In this document: positions 40,701-55,600 of the stretch, one piece after another
Position numbering within the stretch: position 1 is the stretch's first letter
Layout of the letters: every line of letters starts with the position of its first letter
Source: Tubiluchus corallicola
Lineage: Eukaryota > Animalia > Priapulida
Assembly (NCBI GenBank): GCA_030141605.1
Contig: JAQGDQ010000042.1
Location: forward strand, 876,651-940,650
Direction of reading: 5' to 3'
DNA: 64,000 bases
Position numbers and translations under genes: made by a program
Notes under the pieces: generated by a model
Databases searched by the model: none
Told to the model about the DNA's origin: nothing
Seen by the model: only the letters and a program-made list of their open reading frames with translations

Positions 40701-43700
40701 GCTTTTATCTTTCTTGTGAGGTCATCTGCATTACCACGATTTTGCTATTTCAAGATCAGTCTCTTTTTCCATCTTTTTTTTACACTCAAAAAGTTTAAAT
40801 ATTTTTCGTCAAGCATAGAATGTCAAGGAAAATCAAGGATTTTATGCAAACGCAAAGGCAAAATATATAGGAAGGTGTCCGCTCTTTGTAGGATAGCTTC
40901 AAGCAAATCACTATACTATATTTGTGAAATTAAACAAAATGATCTTAAACGATGACAATTATTATTGTAATTTGAACCCACACCCAATAATACCTTTTGC
41001 TAATGTTAAACAACTTTATTTAAATTGAGTTGATAAAAGAACAAACTTTCTCTAACATTGTGTTGCTAATTCGCTATGCATATTATGAGCAACTTTATTG
41101 TACAAATTATCCCATGGAATTAGTCATAATGCTAAATTGCATCAGTTGATCCATACATATTTGACCAGTTACGCTACACAGCTCTTGTTTACGGATTAAT
41201 GGGCATCCTAGATTGAAAAAGCATTTAAAAATCTTTCAGTGAAGAAGTTTTTATATATTTATGGTATGAAGATTTCTCACTTCATGATGTGAATAACAAC
41301 AAGAGAAAGAGAAACGGCCGAGAGAAAAAAAGACAGGAAAGGAGGGGAGAGGGAGGGAGAGCAAATGTAGAGGACTATAATGTGAGTGATATCTATATTA
41401 ACTTCTTGCCCAGAATTTGGTGAAATAAAAAACTTTTGCCAACTTTTATCACAGTTAGCTAGAAAAACCTCGCACAGTGCTATCTGCTGTTCATTTTTGG
41501 TAACAAAATCGTAAAATTAACTCCATTTTGTTTAGTATTATTATTATTAAAACATTTTAATGAACAAATAGAATAGAAAGGTGGCGGCATCTATTGCATT
41601 TGGTGGAGGGGGGCTGAAATTCGGCTTAAAATTGACAAGGAATACTCGTTTAGATTGAATTTTAGCTGACTTGTCTGAATTGATAATGTTAATCATAAAT
41701 AACATCAATCTATATCATTTATGCTTCGTTATTGACATTTTGGTAAAAAAATCACACCAAAGACCGTACACTGTACAGTGCCAACACTAAAGATAAAAAT
41801 AGGCCTAGTTAGATGTAGCCTATCGTCATATTGCTTTTCCTTTCACTTAAAAAGCCTTTCTATGTAGTGTAATATCCCTGGATACGCTTTTTATTCACTC
41901 TTTTAAAACAGGTGTATAGGCTTTTAATTCTTTGTAACATCAAGACAAAGAGTAATGCGTTAGATTAATACAGGCGCTCTCTGATAAATAAATAAAACAG
42001 GAAATACTGAGTACATGTTGAAAGGCGGTCACGCGTTGGATTAGTATAAAATAAAAGCTACTATTTATTATTAATACATTTTTCCGCGGGGCAAAAAGAG
42101 TGACTTCTAATAGTGACTCACTTACATTGAGGGGGTACGCTAGAGGAAAAGGAAAGGAGTAATAACAGTTTACTGGGTATGTAGTGAGGAATCTAGCGTT
42201 TTCTGTATCTTAAAGTAAAGCAAAGCAAAGTAAAAGCGTGCTTTGACTCGATTGTTTACATAAAAATACGAGCAATAATGCTCCTTATCGGCTCTAATTA
42301 AGGTAAAATCTATATCCCTACATAAAGTCCTAGTTAATACACATTAACATACAGGTGTATAAAGACTGTTTAATGCATACATATATTTGATGATGCACTC
42401 GTATTGATCACTTATAATAGACAATACTGCCAGGTTAATGACTGGTTTCACATAAAATAATAAAAAATAGTTTGTCGCTAAAATATTTACATAAGCAAGT
42501 TCTATCTCCCACTCATACTTTATTTTTTGAACGTATTCTATTCTCTACCAGAATTCTGCCTGTTCCACAGTAATGGGCCTTTGTATCTTAAAGCAATATT
42601 TCTTGCAAAAGTATCGATGTCATCATTAATAGCATCATGCACTTTATGTTATAGTCTCAATAACAGTATTTGTATTAAGGTGAAATTATGAAATATTGTT
42701 GCTTGTAATATTTCAAATGTCATTTTGATGCTTAGCAAAGATATTGGGTTAAAAACCCACTGGGCATTTTCGCAGCTTTTAGACTAAAGCAACCAATACA
42801 GCATTGACAATGTTATTGAAATTCTATACAAATCCACGCTAACTGAAATTAAATCTCTCGAAACACTATAACGTGTTTTTATACCCTTAACAAAATGATT
42901 ACAGCATTGTTAAATCCCTCTACTCAAGACTTCTGAGGAGGCATTATTAAACTTGTAAAATCAAGCAATAAATTAAACAAGATTTTGTGAATTAGAAGAT
43001 TTTTACTAGAAATTATAAAACAATTAGAATTTGGTTTATTATCATTTTTATAGTTAATTTGCAGTCTCAAAATTTTTAATATCATAATTTTGAGGATAAT
43101 GATTTTTTTGTAGTGTACTCGACTCTTAAACGCTTAAACTTCAATTGTTTATTGTGTGTTATTACTAATGATGTAAATTTTAATATTTTTTATTCTTATA
43201 ATAAATGACACCCTTAATTCTGGTTTGTATAATTTTATCTTGCCTTATAAGGGTGTGCAAACAGTCGTGGTTTGTTTTTGTTGTATAAAAATTTAGCGGT
43301 ACCGTTAAAGACCCATCTGCCAAAATTAAATTTTTATTGTTTTAAAACAGAGATTGTCATTATACAATAAATATTTTCCACCCTGGCTTGATTGTTAAAA
43401 TTAAAATGCACTTTTAAAGACAAACGCAGATGATTGGTGCAGAACATGCGTACGACTTACGACTCTTACGACGTCTGTCTAGTGGTTTGAGCTGCAACTG
43501 CTATGTGTTGCCATGGCACTGTGTCGCAACTTTAGGTCTGTGTAATGCAATGCAATATCTTATTTTTGTTTGAAAATAAATTTTAAAGGAGCCTGCTTCA
43601 TGAGGGAAAACTGAAATGCCATGCACATGTGCTACACAGCAGCAGCCCGCAAGTCAGAAGGGAGTTTTACACTTGTTACATAAGGTTTGAAATACTTTAG

Positions 43701-43850
43701 AATATTAAAATTAAAATAGATTAGTTTACTAATCTAAATTCACATGGTGTAAATATTGTCAGTATCTACGCCATTGTTAGCTCTATTAGCTTGCTAAGAA
43801 AAAAAGAGAATGCATTTAGTGTAACAAAAATGCTGCAACATTTCTTCTTA

Positions 43851-44070
43851 AGCAGCGCTTACCTAGCATCCAGTATGCGTATGCGTTATGCTTTATCCAC
43901 CTGCGGAATAGCTGCAGAACAAAAATGAATAGGAAATAGCTGCAGAACAAAAAATAACGCATAACTCAAGTCTGATAAACGGGTGCATAAGAAAACAATA
44001 TAAACCGATTTTATCTATTCCGCATCCACATAACGCATACGCGTTCCGTAAATGCTAGGTAAATGCCACT
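43851..44070. mobile_element. MITE with TIRs, flanked by TTA/TAA (PIF/Harbinger-like)
   Basis: ttaagcagcgcttacctagcat ... atgctaggtaaatgccacttaa. The inner tgcgtatgcgttatg mirrors cataacgcatacgcg. Confidence 0.75.
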
Positions 44071-45002
44071 TAACTGAGTTGCTTGTATGATTCTATGCAA
44101 GTTCCTCATGCTACATTTAGTTATTATTGCATATCGCCCTGCGCTGTTTTAGACAACAATAACAAAAAAAAACTGATCAAGTTAAACTTCAATTATCTTT
44201 GTACAATTTACGCGCAATGATAACAAGATTAATGTATTAGACGCTCATGTGTGAAATCAGAGTAATGTAAAAGTGAAACTTACTGTGGATAATCGAACTG
44301 TTGCTTGATTTTCCGCGGATCTGGCCTCACTGCGCTTTAGACTGCATCACGCTGGTCTGAACCTTCACTGAGTTGACTTGCACACGGGCAATTTTATACT
44401 ACATCAATCTACGTAAACTCATATGTCACATCAACTCCTTCATGAAACCCGCTTCGGCTTCCTCTCTGCATGGCGTCATCTTCTGCCAATCAGCTGCTTA
44501 GCTTTGCATCCCAGCGGGACGGACAGGCGGACATTTTCACCAATCCGAGGCGATTTATGCTAAGTATCTGGGCGGTGATAAAAAGAGACTGCGTTCGGTT
44601 CTGGTGCCTCGAGAAATTCAGTGATTCTGCGGAAAATGTGCTTAATGAGCTTGTTAATTTATTAAGAAAGGCAAGCTCCAATCTGGCATTTCAATTATAA
44701 TTGGTTTGACTTAATAGTAAGCAATTATGCGCACTGCTGTTATTGCTGGTACCATGGGGGTTATCGTAATCATAATTTATATTCACATCATTTAGTCGTA
44801 ACTGTTATTGTTATCACTCATATAGTTTTAAATGTGTGGCTTCACAGTTTTACAGTTCACATGTTCATATTTGTTTGTTTATCTCTTACCTGATTGGTTT
44901 GTCAACTGGACAGTGCGTCACGTACCAGCCAGTCAGTCAGTCTGTCGGTTCGTCTGCCTGTCTAGTGGTTTGCTGGTTCTTTATGTGCTTGTTCAATTGT
45001 TC

Positions 45003-45130
45003 TTCATCATCATCATTATCATCACCGTCGCCATTATGGCCATCGTCATTGTCATCATCTGATCATCGTCAACGTCATTATCACCGTCATCGTTATTGTT
45101 ATCGTCATCATCATAATCTTCTTCATTATT
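45003..45130. repeat. Degenerate (ATC)n microsatellite
   Basis: Direct inspection. Confidence 0.85.
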
Positions 45131-47282
45131 ATTTTTTTCGCTTATCAGCCCGTTTGTTTGTTTGTTTGTTACAATTTGCATAAATCAGTACTTCTGAAAT
45201 GAGAACAGTTTTTTAATATTTGAGTGAACTCCAAGCTGCGATAATTTGTGGTAAGAATTATTTTCACTAATTTCCTAAAATTATCGTAACTATTTACAAT
45301 TATATAATTTTTGCTGTAAGTTTTGCCAATACCAATATTTTAAGCTAGCTGCCAAAAACCTTGAATACATAATTTTTCATTAATATCTATTTTGTTGTAC
45401 ATGTATTGGGGAAATGCTAAGGCAGAAATGCATAGGCATGGACTAGTGTTGCATATGGGTAAAACGTCACTCTCAATGACAATAATACATTCTCTAACAA
45501 ATCGCGTTAGTTTGGGCCAGAGAAAATTGCTGTAAATGCCAATGCCAATTTCCTAAATCGTTCAAACATATTTGCATATATCGAGGAGACACGTCTTCTT
45601 ACAGTTTTCTTTAAACTCAGTCAGTTGTGATACATATTCATCAATCAGAAAGCGAATCTGCATAATTACATTTAAAGCTGGATACCGTGGCATGATAACA
45701 AGCATGCTAATATTTTCCTCATTGTCTTTATGATACATTGTGAGCGTTATTACTGGAGATGTTACTCGCGGCTTCCTATTATCCATGTCGCACCGGATTT
45801 CCGTCGCTTCGATGCACTTGCGTTTGCAGTCACATTACTATGGAAATCAACTTTGTTCCTACTGCCTTGAAGGGTCTTCCCACTCAAGCTCAACAGTATA
45901 ATAAGTCTGACATAAAGGCAGAAACGCAAATATATAACACTAATTAATATTATTAGTAGTTAATTAAGAAATCCTAATTCATCATGTATGCTTGGCAGTA
46001 AATGAGTCTATCGCACTGCCACGAGTAATATAAAAAAGTGTCTGAATTTTTGTCTAGGACATGTATTGTGTTTAGTGCAAATGTTGTTACTGCTGTTTAT
46101 TTAGTTTCGCCGTCGTCGTTGTTATTGTTGTTGGGGTGGCCGTTCTCATCGACTTCACAGTCGTTATTTTGTTTTTATTTCCTTCTTTTTCTCTTTTAGT
46201 GCGGTTTATACGGGCATTAGTAGACTGGTTTTAGAAAAGTTTGATATGACTTTATATTTCAAAAGTCATTAGCTCCAGTTAGTGCATGAAGACTTAAATT
46301 ACTCAGAATGACTTCGCGTGGTTGCCCGGAAGGCAGAAGGTTTTTGGTTCGCGTCCAATTGGAGGTGGAAAATTTTAAAGACTTTCCAAGTTGGTGTTGC
46401 TTTCGTGCGTTTCTATGATTAATTGTTAAAAAGGAATAATTTTAAAAATGTAAGGTATGTACAACAATTATGTAACTAGAACTTTTAGTACAAAAGCCAA
46501 ACTAAGCAAAATAAGCATTATTTCGAAAAAAGACCAAGCTGTAATAATTATTTATTTTTTAATAATTAATGAGGTTTTTGCAACTGAAGACCTTAATTTC
46601 TGTGGCCGGTGTGAAAATAATCAAAAACACATTTTTAATAAAAAGAATTATGATGAGGGCTTGTCTCCAAAAATCTGCAATAACTCTGTTGGTGATGCAA
46701 TGCCTGGTTTCAATTCAAAAGGCCCCAGGTTACATCCTGGCTAAGTATTAATTTTTTACGTGTTTTTTTTCATACGTGGTAAGTCTAATTTACTAATTTA
46801 TTTAACTAATTAACCAAGAAACGGCATTTATTAGTAAAAGCTGCTCTGTATAAAGAGAAACACTCAATGATCTTACTAATAAATGACTGTCAGACGCCTT
46901 GACTCGACTAAATGAGAATCGTTCACAAAAGATAAATCTTTGGTCACGTGACCTGACACATAAAAGCATGAAATTGCGTTTGAGTTGAGATTATAAAGAC
47001 ATCATTGTAGCCACGCAGTCGCGAGTTTGATGCAGTAAAAGCTATCAAACATTCACTGGGCTTAAATATGCTATAATGTATATAGATGTTAATATTTTAA
47101 CATCACACATCAATATATACACCAGTATTGTACTACAAAAGTTTACAATTATACCTAAATTTCAGACTATCTTTAATCAGTTTGCGTGAAGTAAGTTACA
47201 GGTACAATTATTACCAAACACACAACAATTAATAGACATAGACAATTAGACATAGACATAAACATAGACATAGACATGGACA
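45112..47282 (+). repeat. Left arm of a large inverted duplication (pairs with 61830-64000)
   Basis: Four ORF pairs have identical translations and a constant coordinate sum of 109112. The ends were checked by eye. Confidence 0.97.
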
Positions 47283-47469
47283 TAAACATAGACATAGACA
47301 TAGACATAGACATAGACATAGACATAGACATAGACATAGACATAGACATAGACATAGACATAGACATAGACATAGACATAGACATAGACATAGACATAGA
47401 CATAGATATAGACATGGACACGGACACGGACAAGGGCACTGACACATGCATAGACACAGACATAGACAT
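47233..47469. repeat. (GACATA)n hexamer microsatellite
   Basis: Direct inspection. It is the source of the poly-MS/CL/VY/ID ORFs. Confidence 0.97.
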
Positions 47470-49096
47470 CTTTATTAGTCATACATACTACAAATGAGAT
47501 ACATGGCATTCGTCGTTTTAGCTTTGCAAAGATTAGTAAAAACGTATTAGCAACAATAAATGTAAATTAAACAACTGTAAATTAAAATTCAACTGTACAT
47601 ATAAATCTAAATGTATTTGAGAAACTACTGCAATTCTCAAAAGTGTTATGCTGTCATCAAATGATCATTTGGTTACTTTACTTACATAGGTACTAAATGA
47701 TCAAAACAAAGCAAGTCTGCAACATCAAAATACGTCTCAAAGCAAGAATATCTTCCCAAAATAAAATTACTTTTAGGTTTGTAGCTAATGTTATAAGCAA
47801 CGTTTTATATAATAAAGTAGGTAATTTAGTGGCATAATAAATCGTTTAAATGTTTCAGGAGCCAAACAAATCGTTGAGTTTCATTTTATATCAAGCATGG
47901 CGGATGTGGGCATATGGACTGCGAAGCCATAATTACATAGGTTACATATGACATCTTATTTTACAACATAACCATTTATCTATTACTTTTCAATGGGTAA
48001 ACGATATACTCCGTAAGAGGGCTTAATGACATGATGATTACTATCCCTAGCTTATCACAAATCTGAACTGTCAACCGTGTAAAACTCTGATAACATTCTC
48101 GTTGTCATAGTGCGTGACAGTGGAGGGAATTGTATAGTCGTTGCAGCCATTGTTAATGATGATTTACCGATAAGATACTCTGCTTACTGACAATAAAATA
48201 TCGTTAATGTTTTACTATTGTTAGTAATACTTACATTAATGATTAAAATGTAAGGCATATTTTACATTTTATACATACTATATAAAACATAGTACATAAT
48301 AATGATGTTCAATGATTAAAATCTAAGGTATGTTTTATGTTTTTTGTGATATTCACGTTAATAACTAAAGTTTAAGGCATATTTTGTATTTTTATTGTTT
48401 AATTTTATGCCGTTCGAAGCATTTGAAACTAAGAACGGTTGTGCCACTGCAGCCGTTGGTCAACGTCATCTACTCTGTTGCTCGATTTCTAAGAGGTCCT
48501 TTTCTGTGCTCTAAGTTGGCTTTTTAGTGCTTTGTGCCTTTTGTGCTTCAATCATTTTACGTTATTGTACTTTTTGTGACCTGCGTGAGGCTTTTTTCCG
48601 TGTTGAAACGAAAAATAATATTCCGAAAATAATATCGGAATAAAATAATGTCCCATAAAAATAATAAAATTTAAATAATGTTATTATTTAACATTTCTTT
48701 AATATTGTGCATATTTTAATATTTACACACTGTTACTTAATCATAGCGCATGCTGATCTGTGGTTTCTATTGTCTAATTCAATAATCAATGAGTTCAGGG
48801 GCCAAATGGACTGGACTGCGTGGCAAAATGGATCACGGTTTTAAGGCAGGCTAGGAAAGAGTCTTATTTTAGTTAAAACAGTAATAATAGACTAATAGTG
48901 ACTGGTGAAGTCCAGTCTAAACCTCCAGAAAATAGGGGCGACCAGGGGATATGAACTTACTGTGATTACATACTGCCAGTGAGTTGAGCAAACTGTAGTA
49001 CTACTGATGACGATTAGCAGCCAATACAAAACACATAGGATTGCACAGGAAAAACACAGTATTATCAAAAGTGTGGCAAATTCAGTTCCCATTACT

Positions 49097-49421
49097 CATT
49101 GCCGAATCATTATATAGGCTAGTATAGGCTGTAGCCTAGGGCCTGTCAAGCTTTGGTAACATTTTGTAAAAAATTTGTTTTTAACTATGATTGTGTTGAA
49201 ATATGCGCTATTTTGCTAATTTGGTTTGCACTAAATAGCAAAATAGTTGTAGTTCTCTTTCTGATAAACAAAAGTAAATTTAAAATGCAATGTAAATGTC
49301 GCTAAAATATATCACGAGTAAGAAATATTCAAGACGGATGCGAGCGAATTAGAGGGTGACTCGCCTGAGAGGGGCCTATAATTTCATTAGCCTAGGCCCC
49401 CATAGGTCATAATTGGCCCTT
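49097..49421. mobile_element. Degenerate hAT-like MITE
   Basis: Imperfect inverted ends (cattgccgaatcat / taattggccct) with repeated subterminal taggct/agcctagg motifs at both ends. Confidence 0.45.
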
Positions 49422-49661
49422 CCTTATACGCATTTCTTACGAAAGCTATACACGACAGATAAATAGCCCATTCTATCTAAAACAAGTAGGAAATCACACA
49501 AAACTTTATACGTAAGTACATTTATAACCAATGTTTTTATTAGTTCTTGTTTTTAATAATTGTAATGAAAATCCAATGTCAGGATATGGTTTTTATTGTG
49601 CAGACGCAATAAAAACCCAAATCCGTAGATATAAGAAATTGTTAATAAAAGGCTTTATTGT

Positions 49662-49662
49662 A

Positions 49663-49754
<92 letters not shown>

Positions 49755-49855
49755 CGTTATCATCATCATCATCATCATTATCATCATCATCATCATCATC
49801 ATCAGTATTAGCATAATCGATATCATTATTACTAGCATGATCATCATCATCACCA
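49662..49855. repeat. (ATT)n-(ATC)n microsatellite
   Basis: Direct inspection. Confidence 0.97.
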
Positions 49856-50344
49856 TTAAGGTGCTTTTTCAGTCGTCTTACTGACTGCCCTAGTATCATC
49901 AGAGAGTGATCTTAGAATTTAATCGCAGTCGCTGAATACAAATTACAGTTATTTAATTTAATTTAATTTAATGTTCCATAACACACACCGTGTCACACGC
50001 TAGAGCACCGAATTCTTACGCACGAGAGCTAGCAGGTAAGCGAGCGTACTCGTGTGGATTGGGAAGGCACTTAGCTTGATGAAATTCCGTTCATTTTCCA
50101 TCACATTGCTACCCAGTTATCCGAGGTAAATATTGGATGTCAGACGGGCGTGTGTGTCCACTAGTGTGTGTGTGTGTGTGCGTGTGTGCAGTATTAGAGA
50201 TGTGATGTCCATAGTCCAAGATACTAGTATTCAAGGTACATGTTGGGATAATCCATTACGTGGGTTTGCTGTAGTTGAAAACATCGTATTCTCACAGATC
50301 TATGTATTATGGTGTCAATCTTTGCGAAAATCCAATTGACAGAG

Positions 50345-50767
50345 GTTCACTTTTTTACTAGAGCACCATTGACTAATATTACAAGAGGATATAATTTAAA
50401 AATGTCATTTAGACGCTGTTGTCTTGATTGTTTCAGAAGTTTCCTTCTTAATAATAAAATACCAATAAAGAACTTTACTGGAGTTCAAAAGTCAAGAGCC
50501 GAAGTAAAAGATGGCTAGGACATCTTCTAAGATTACCAAATGAAGCACTAAGAATCGCCTTAAAGGAAGCCTTAGAACCTTGCAAAAAACCACCTGGCAA
50601 ACTTAAAACAACTTGGATAAATAAAAAAATAATGTTCATCAACTTCAACCAATCTATCTTCAGGAGTAGAAGAACTGACACTGTTAGCTGCGTGGGTGGA
50701 ATACTCTGATAAATGTTGATACCTCAATGCCTACAATAGGTCGAATGAGATTTTGTAGAAGAAGAAT
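50345..50767 (+). mobile_element. Decayed LINE fragments: CR1-like C-terminal motif followed by an RTE-clade 3' end
   Basis: FFTRAPLTNITRGYNLK resembles the CR1 TRGH..K motif. It is followed by RWLGHLLRLPNEALRIALKEALEPCKKPPGKLKTTWI, similar to the 18.4-kb RTE copy, and an agaagaagaa tail. Confidence 0.65.
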
Positions 50768-51006
50768 AAAATTTGAAAAATTTGGAATGATCTTTCGGTG
50801 AGAGTTACTAATACCCAGTTAGTCTGTCCAAATGACCAGCAAACTTTCTAAGAAAAGACTTAAGGCGGCAGGTTTAATCAAATAGTGTATTCACTTTTTC
50901 ACAAGCATATCTGTAACGAGCCGACATTTGATGTTCTTTTTCGAAATTTTTAATTTTAATAATTCGTACTTGTAAAGAAATGCGTCATTTGCCATTTGTA
51001 ATTCGG

Positions 51007-51008
<2 letters not shown>

Positions 51009-51076
<68 letters not shown>

Positions 51077-51108
51077 GTTATTATTATAATTATTATTATT
51101 ATTATTAT
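51009..51108. repeat. (TTA)n microsatellite
   Basis: Direct inspection. Confidence 0.97.
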
Positions 51109-52561
51109 ATAATGTTATTATGTTATATACAGTATTTATATAGTGTATATCAGCTGTTTTGTATAAACAAACCCTAGAGGCGTGTGCAATTCAATTGCGG
51201 ATTGTGATGTGTACTTAAATTAAACATCTGTACATAGGCAGGCCAACTAAGTTAACACTGGTAAATAACAGCAGTTAGTAGAAGTTTTGTAGACCATTTG
51301 AAGCCATCTCTAATGCACTGAAAATAAAAATCAGCACGATTTCACAATCACAAATAAATTATTACATTTCACAACACGACTATTAAAGATTTGACAAATG
51401 CTCAATATTACCTGCAAATGCAACACTAACTGCCAAATCCATGACATTAAACTTGTGAAGAATAAAGAAATAAAGAGAACTTATATGTGAAAATTAAAGG
51501 TTGCTTGTCAGATGGCTAAAGTTTTTCAAAAGACAGCATGCTTATAAGCTTTTCATTTTAACAACCAAACTCTTAGATCTATTAAGATTGAAACTGCTAT
51601 ATTCTTGATTAAAGTTCGGTAATAACTAACATAGAAGTATAGATTTTTTCCCTCACTTTTTATTAGCATTTTAAGGCGTACAACACAAATTTATGATAAC
51701 AAATTTAGCATAATATTACTGCACTTTAGCGCATAAAATTTATTTTGCAGCAAATTTATCGCTGTTAAGCAAGCTTTGAAGCCTCTACAGGGCATAATTA
51801 TTAGGACTTAGAAGCCATGTCCCTACAGGACAGAATTATTAAAGGTCCATTTGAGTGCTAATAATATCATATTACAATCTTAAAAATACACGCACGCATG
51901 CACATGCATTTGCACACGCAAACGCCGGAAGAACTCTCTTATTTTCGGAAGTGCGCTCGCGAGAGAGTAGATTTTATTCGCTCGTGCGGTTTTTCATTGC
52001 TCAAAACCACTTGTCTTGATTAATCAAATGTGCATTTAGCCGAGATAAACAATACAACGGCTGTCCTAGGCAATTTCACGAAATTCTGGGTTCATTTTCA
52101 GCTTGATTAAGGTGGGTAATTGAAGCTGTATAATAAGATAAACTCACTCCCGACTCGCTTCACCTGAGTTGATTAATTTACAAGCCAAGCAGTCAACCCG
52201 TCATGTAGTCAACCCGCCATGCACCGGAAAAACGTTTACGCCGCTTTTTTGCCTTCTTTAACACCACAAATTTACACTTAGTTGGTGGCGAATTTTTTCA
52301 TAAAACTACAATTTTTATTGTTAGAGCGTTTAATTATGACTATGAGCAGAGTTTTTCTTTACATGCATGTATTTAGATTTATTTATTCATCCATTTAGCA
52401 CAATACAACAAAACACAAGTTATACGATTAAAAATTGACAATGCATTGCAGTGCTATGAGCATAGAAGAAGAAAGTAACTTATAAGCTATGGATAAGACT
52501 TAATTATGACAAAAACAAGAAAAATGTATTAAATGAAGCAAAGCAAACAGATGCGAGAAGA

Positions 52562-52682
52562 CGATAATAACGATGTTGTTGTTGTTGTTGATGATGATGA
52601 TGATAACAATGGTGGTATTAATGCCGATGACAATGGTGGTGACGATGATAATGATAATGAACTGGTATTAATGATGATGATG
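52562..52682. repeat. Compound (GTT)/(GAT)/(GGT) microsatellite
   Basis: Direct inspection. Confidence 0.85.
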
Positions 52683-55600
52683 CGCCAGAATCAATGATCT
52701 AAACCAAGTGTGCCATTTTTGCATTGCTATGGAAATAGTAATAAAATATTGAACTATATAAATTATGAAGATGTGTATTTTTAATTGCAGAAATAATTTA
52801 CTGATAATTACAGCATAAGCATTTATCAGAGACTAAGTTACTACCATCTGCTTTCGTTTTGCTATCATTCTGGCTGTCCATTTGGCAGCGTCTGGCCCGG
52901 GTTTGAGCATTAAGGAAACCGGCCGAAATGAGAATCTAGTGAGGTTCCTCCTGATGTACGACGCAAGTGTTATTATAGTCTACTTACCAGAATTGTGCAA
53001 TCTGGCAATGGTCTGATGCAAATATTGCAAATGACTCTGATGTGCGATATACTTTTTTGTGAACAATAAACATTTTTTTATTTGTGAACGTCCTTATTGG
53101 TTTTTAATATTTTTTGCTGCTGTTGCATATAATTAGTAGAGTTAGTATTTTGTGTTTGTAATTGATGTTTTTGTGTATTATATGACAATTTTAATGCTGA
53201 AGTAAAGGGTGAACTGAATTGAATTGATGACTCCAGTGTTGTTTTGATCACGTCTATACTTAAAAATGTTACGAATAGTAAAGCCGATGTGGACACTGGG
53301 TGAATATCTGAGGCACATGGTCAAGCTGGTTAAAAAGAAAAGTACAACCTTGATGTGAATGCAACATACTACGTTTTTGGATATATCTTATGGAAGCTAC
53401 AGTGGAGGCAAGTGGAACTATGTCAGCCGACTTCAAATCAGAATCACTTGAAGGTCAAGGGTCAAATTTCAAAGCGAAATGGGGGTAGCGCCAACAAAGC
53501 CAGATTGGTGGTTTAAAAAAACCATGGCAATGTGAAATTCCGATGTGACATTATTTCTCATTACATTTTTTTTTTAAAAATTACATTTTGTAACTTTTAA
53601 ACGTGTATATTTTTTATATTGGGTAGATCTTGTATGATGGTCGCGTCAAGCTGGCAATGGTCGCTTTTTTAGCTAAAATCACTTCTCTTTGTCAGCAAGG
53701 ATTAAAACATCCTTTACAAAGAGAGGACGATAAATGGGAATATAAGGGGCCATATGGTATAAAATTCTACAATGAGTGCAAAGTGTCAGAAAGAGAGAGC
53801 GGTTATCTACATAAGGCCTTTGCACCAGCTGTTTTCTATTAAAGCTTTTATAATCTATTTTTTGCTAATTACTTAATGTATAAAAAGGTCTATCAGAATA
53901 GTATTGTTGAAAATATACATTATACAACCTCTACAATTCATGCTAACACAGAAACTGTTGTTGCATACATTACATAAGCTTATTCAAAATAATTCTGTTG
54001 AATTTTGTGAGTTATCAAACTGAATTACTTAGAAAAGTTTTTGATGTCGTAGGTGTAACATAAAATTAACCAAATAGATTGGTATTTGGACATTTGTAGG
54101 CTGTAGCAACTTCCAAATTTACGTCAAATTTGAACTGATTAGTTTTAACTTCGTTGAAATAGGCGATTTGGTTTCAACTCTTTTAAGTTTGACAATTATA
54201 AGTCACGAAAAGGAAATTTGCGTTGGTTGCAAAACAGTCTTTTACAGTTAAATATTGACACGATAATGCTCTACTATTATACAGCGGGTAAAATTTAATT
54301 TAATGAATGTCTTTAAAGTTTAAAACTATTCTAACATTTAAGACGGACCGAATTCGATAAATCTGACTAGCTCTTGAATCATAATTTCGCACGTTGTCGA
54401 GTTAGTTTTTTGAGGCCGAAACTAAATCTAACACACGCCATCTGTCAAAACTTAATCTGTTGTTCCTAATGCGATTTTTCTGGTAAACTTTTCTGCGTTG
54501 TTGATTCTCAATACCAGTATGCTTCTAAGCGTCATCTCCGTGCTTCTAGCGTCACCTCTGAAGCCGACTACATGCAGTGCTGGATGAACGCAAACCAAAC
54601 AGCAAAACTTTGATTCGTCATTAATTACCGGGTAGTTAATTGTCTAGATGTAGAGCTTATACAAAGCTACCTTCGTGATTTTATGCTTGTTAGTGAATCA
54701 GTCCGGAAAATTCATCGGATGTGAAGGATTTTGCTTGAAAACGAGACGCGGTTACCTGCCGAGTTTTGCCTGAAAATCGAGAAGGGGAGAGGCGACAGTT
54801 TTTTAATGAGTTAAATCCGAACATTCGATCTGCGGGTTATATTATAATAAGCATTATGATAAGAAGTTTTATGTTTTTTCACGCATACCTAGATTGTTGT
54901 TATGCCTCGTTTCCCCATTTTGTTATTTTTAAGTAAACCTAATAATAGTCTTAGCAAGTTATAAATGTAGTCCGCGCTCTCATTGTGAAAATTAGGCACA
55001 AATATCAGACTTAAAGACCTATATAGCTTCAATAGACATTGAAGTTATTTTAATGCACTAAAATGATTACACAAAGAATTGATTGTTATTATAAAACAAA
55101 AGAGACTTATAGATTAATTAATTTACCCTTTTCTGGTGAATTTCGAACGCGTGTATTGCTGTAAAGATCGCCATGTTTTGCGTCTTTGGCGTGAGTGAGC
55201 GAGAATGACGCACGAGGTACAGAAAGCGCCTTTGGTTACCAATGTTTGTTTACGGATCTTGGGTGACCTCATGAATATACTCATAATGTCATTCGTCTTG
55301 CGCAACGTAAAATAGCGGTTCTTCAAATTTAATACAACTAACAACGAAGTGATAAAAATGAAAAGAAACAAGTTTTACTATAAGTTTATAATAAAACAAA
55401 TTAAATATTCGTAATGAGAATAAGGATTTTAAGTTATAAAAGCCTACATTATAGTGAGAGTTTAGTTTGACTTTAAGTTGTAGGAGCATAAAAAAGAAAG
55501 AAAGTCGAACACTGGACGAAGAGCAAAAAGGTGGCAAAGAAGTGAAAAGATTCTGTTGGAAGTCGCTCAGACAGCGCATAGGACCGTTACAAGAGTAAAT

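Noticed and set aside
46268-46360. tRNA- or SINE-like A/B boxes (tagctccagttagt ... ggttcgcgtcc)
   Set aside because: No cloverleaf and the spacing is irregular. At most a decayed SINE head, not a tRNA gene.
47173-47509. Dipeptide-repeat ORFs in several frames
   Set aside because: Products of the (GACATA)n microsatellite.
53280-53842. Coding-looking segment and 70-aa ORF
   Set aside because: No recognisable domain, interrupted by stops, and no convincing splice structure.
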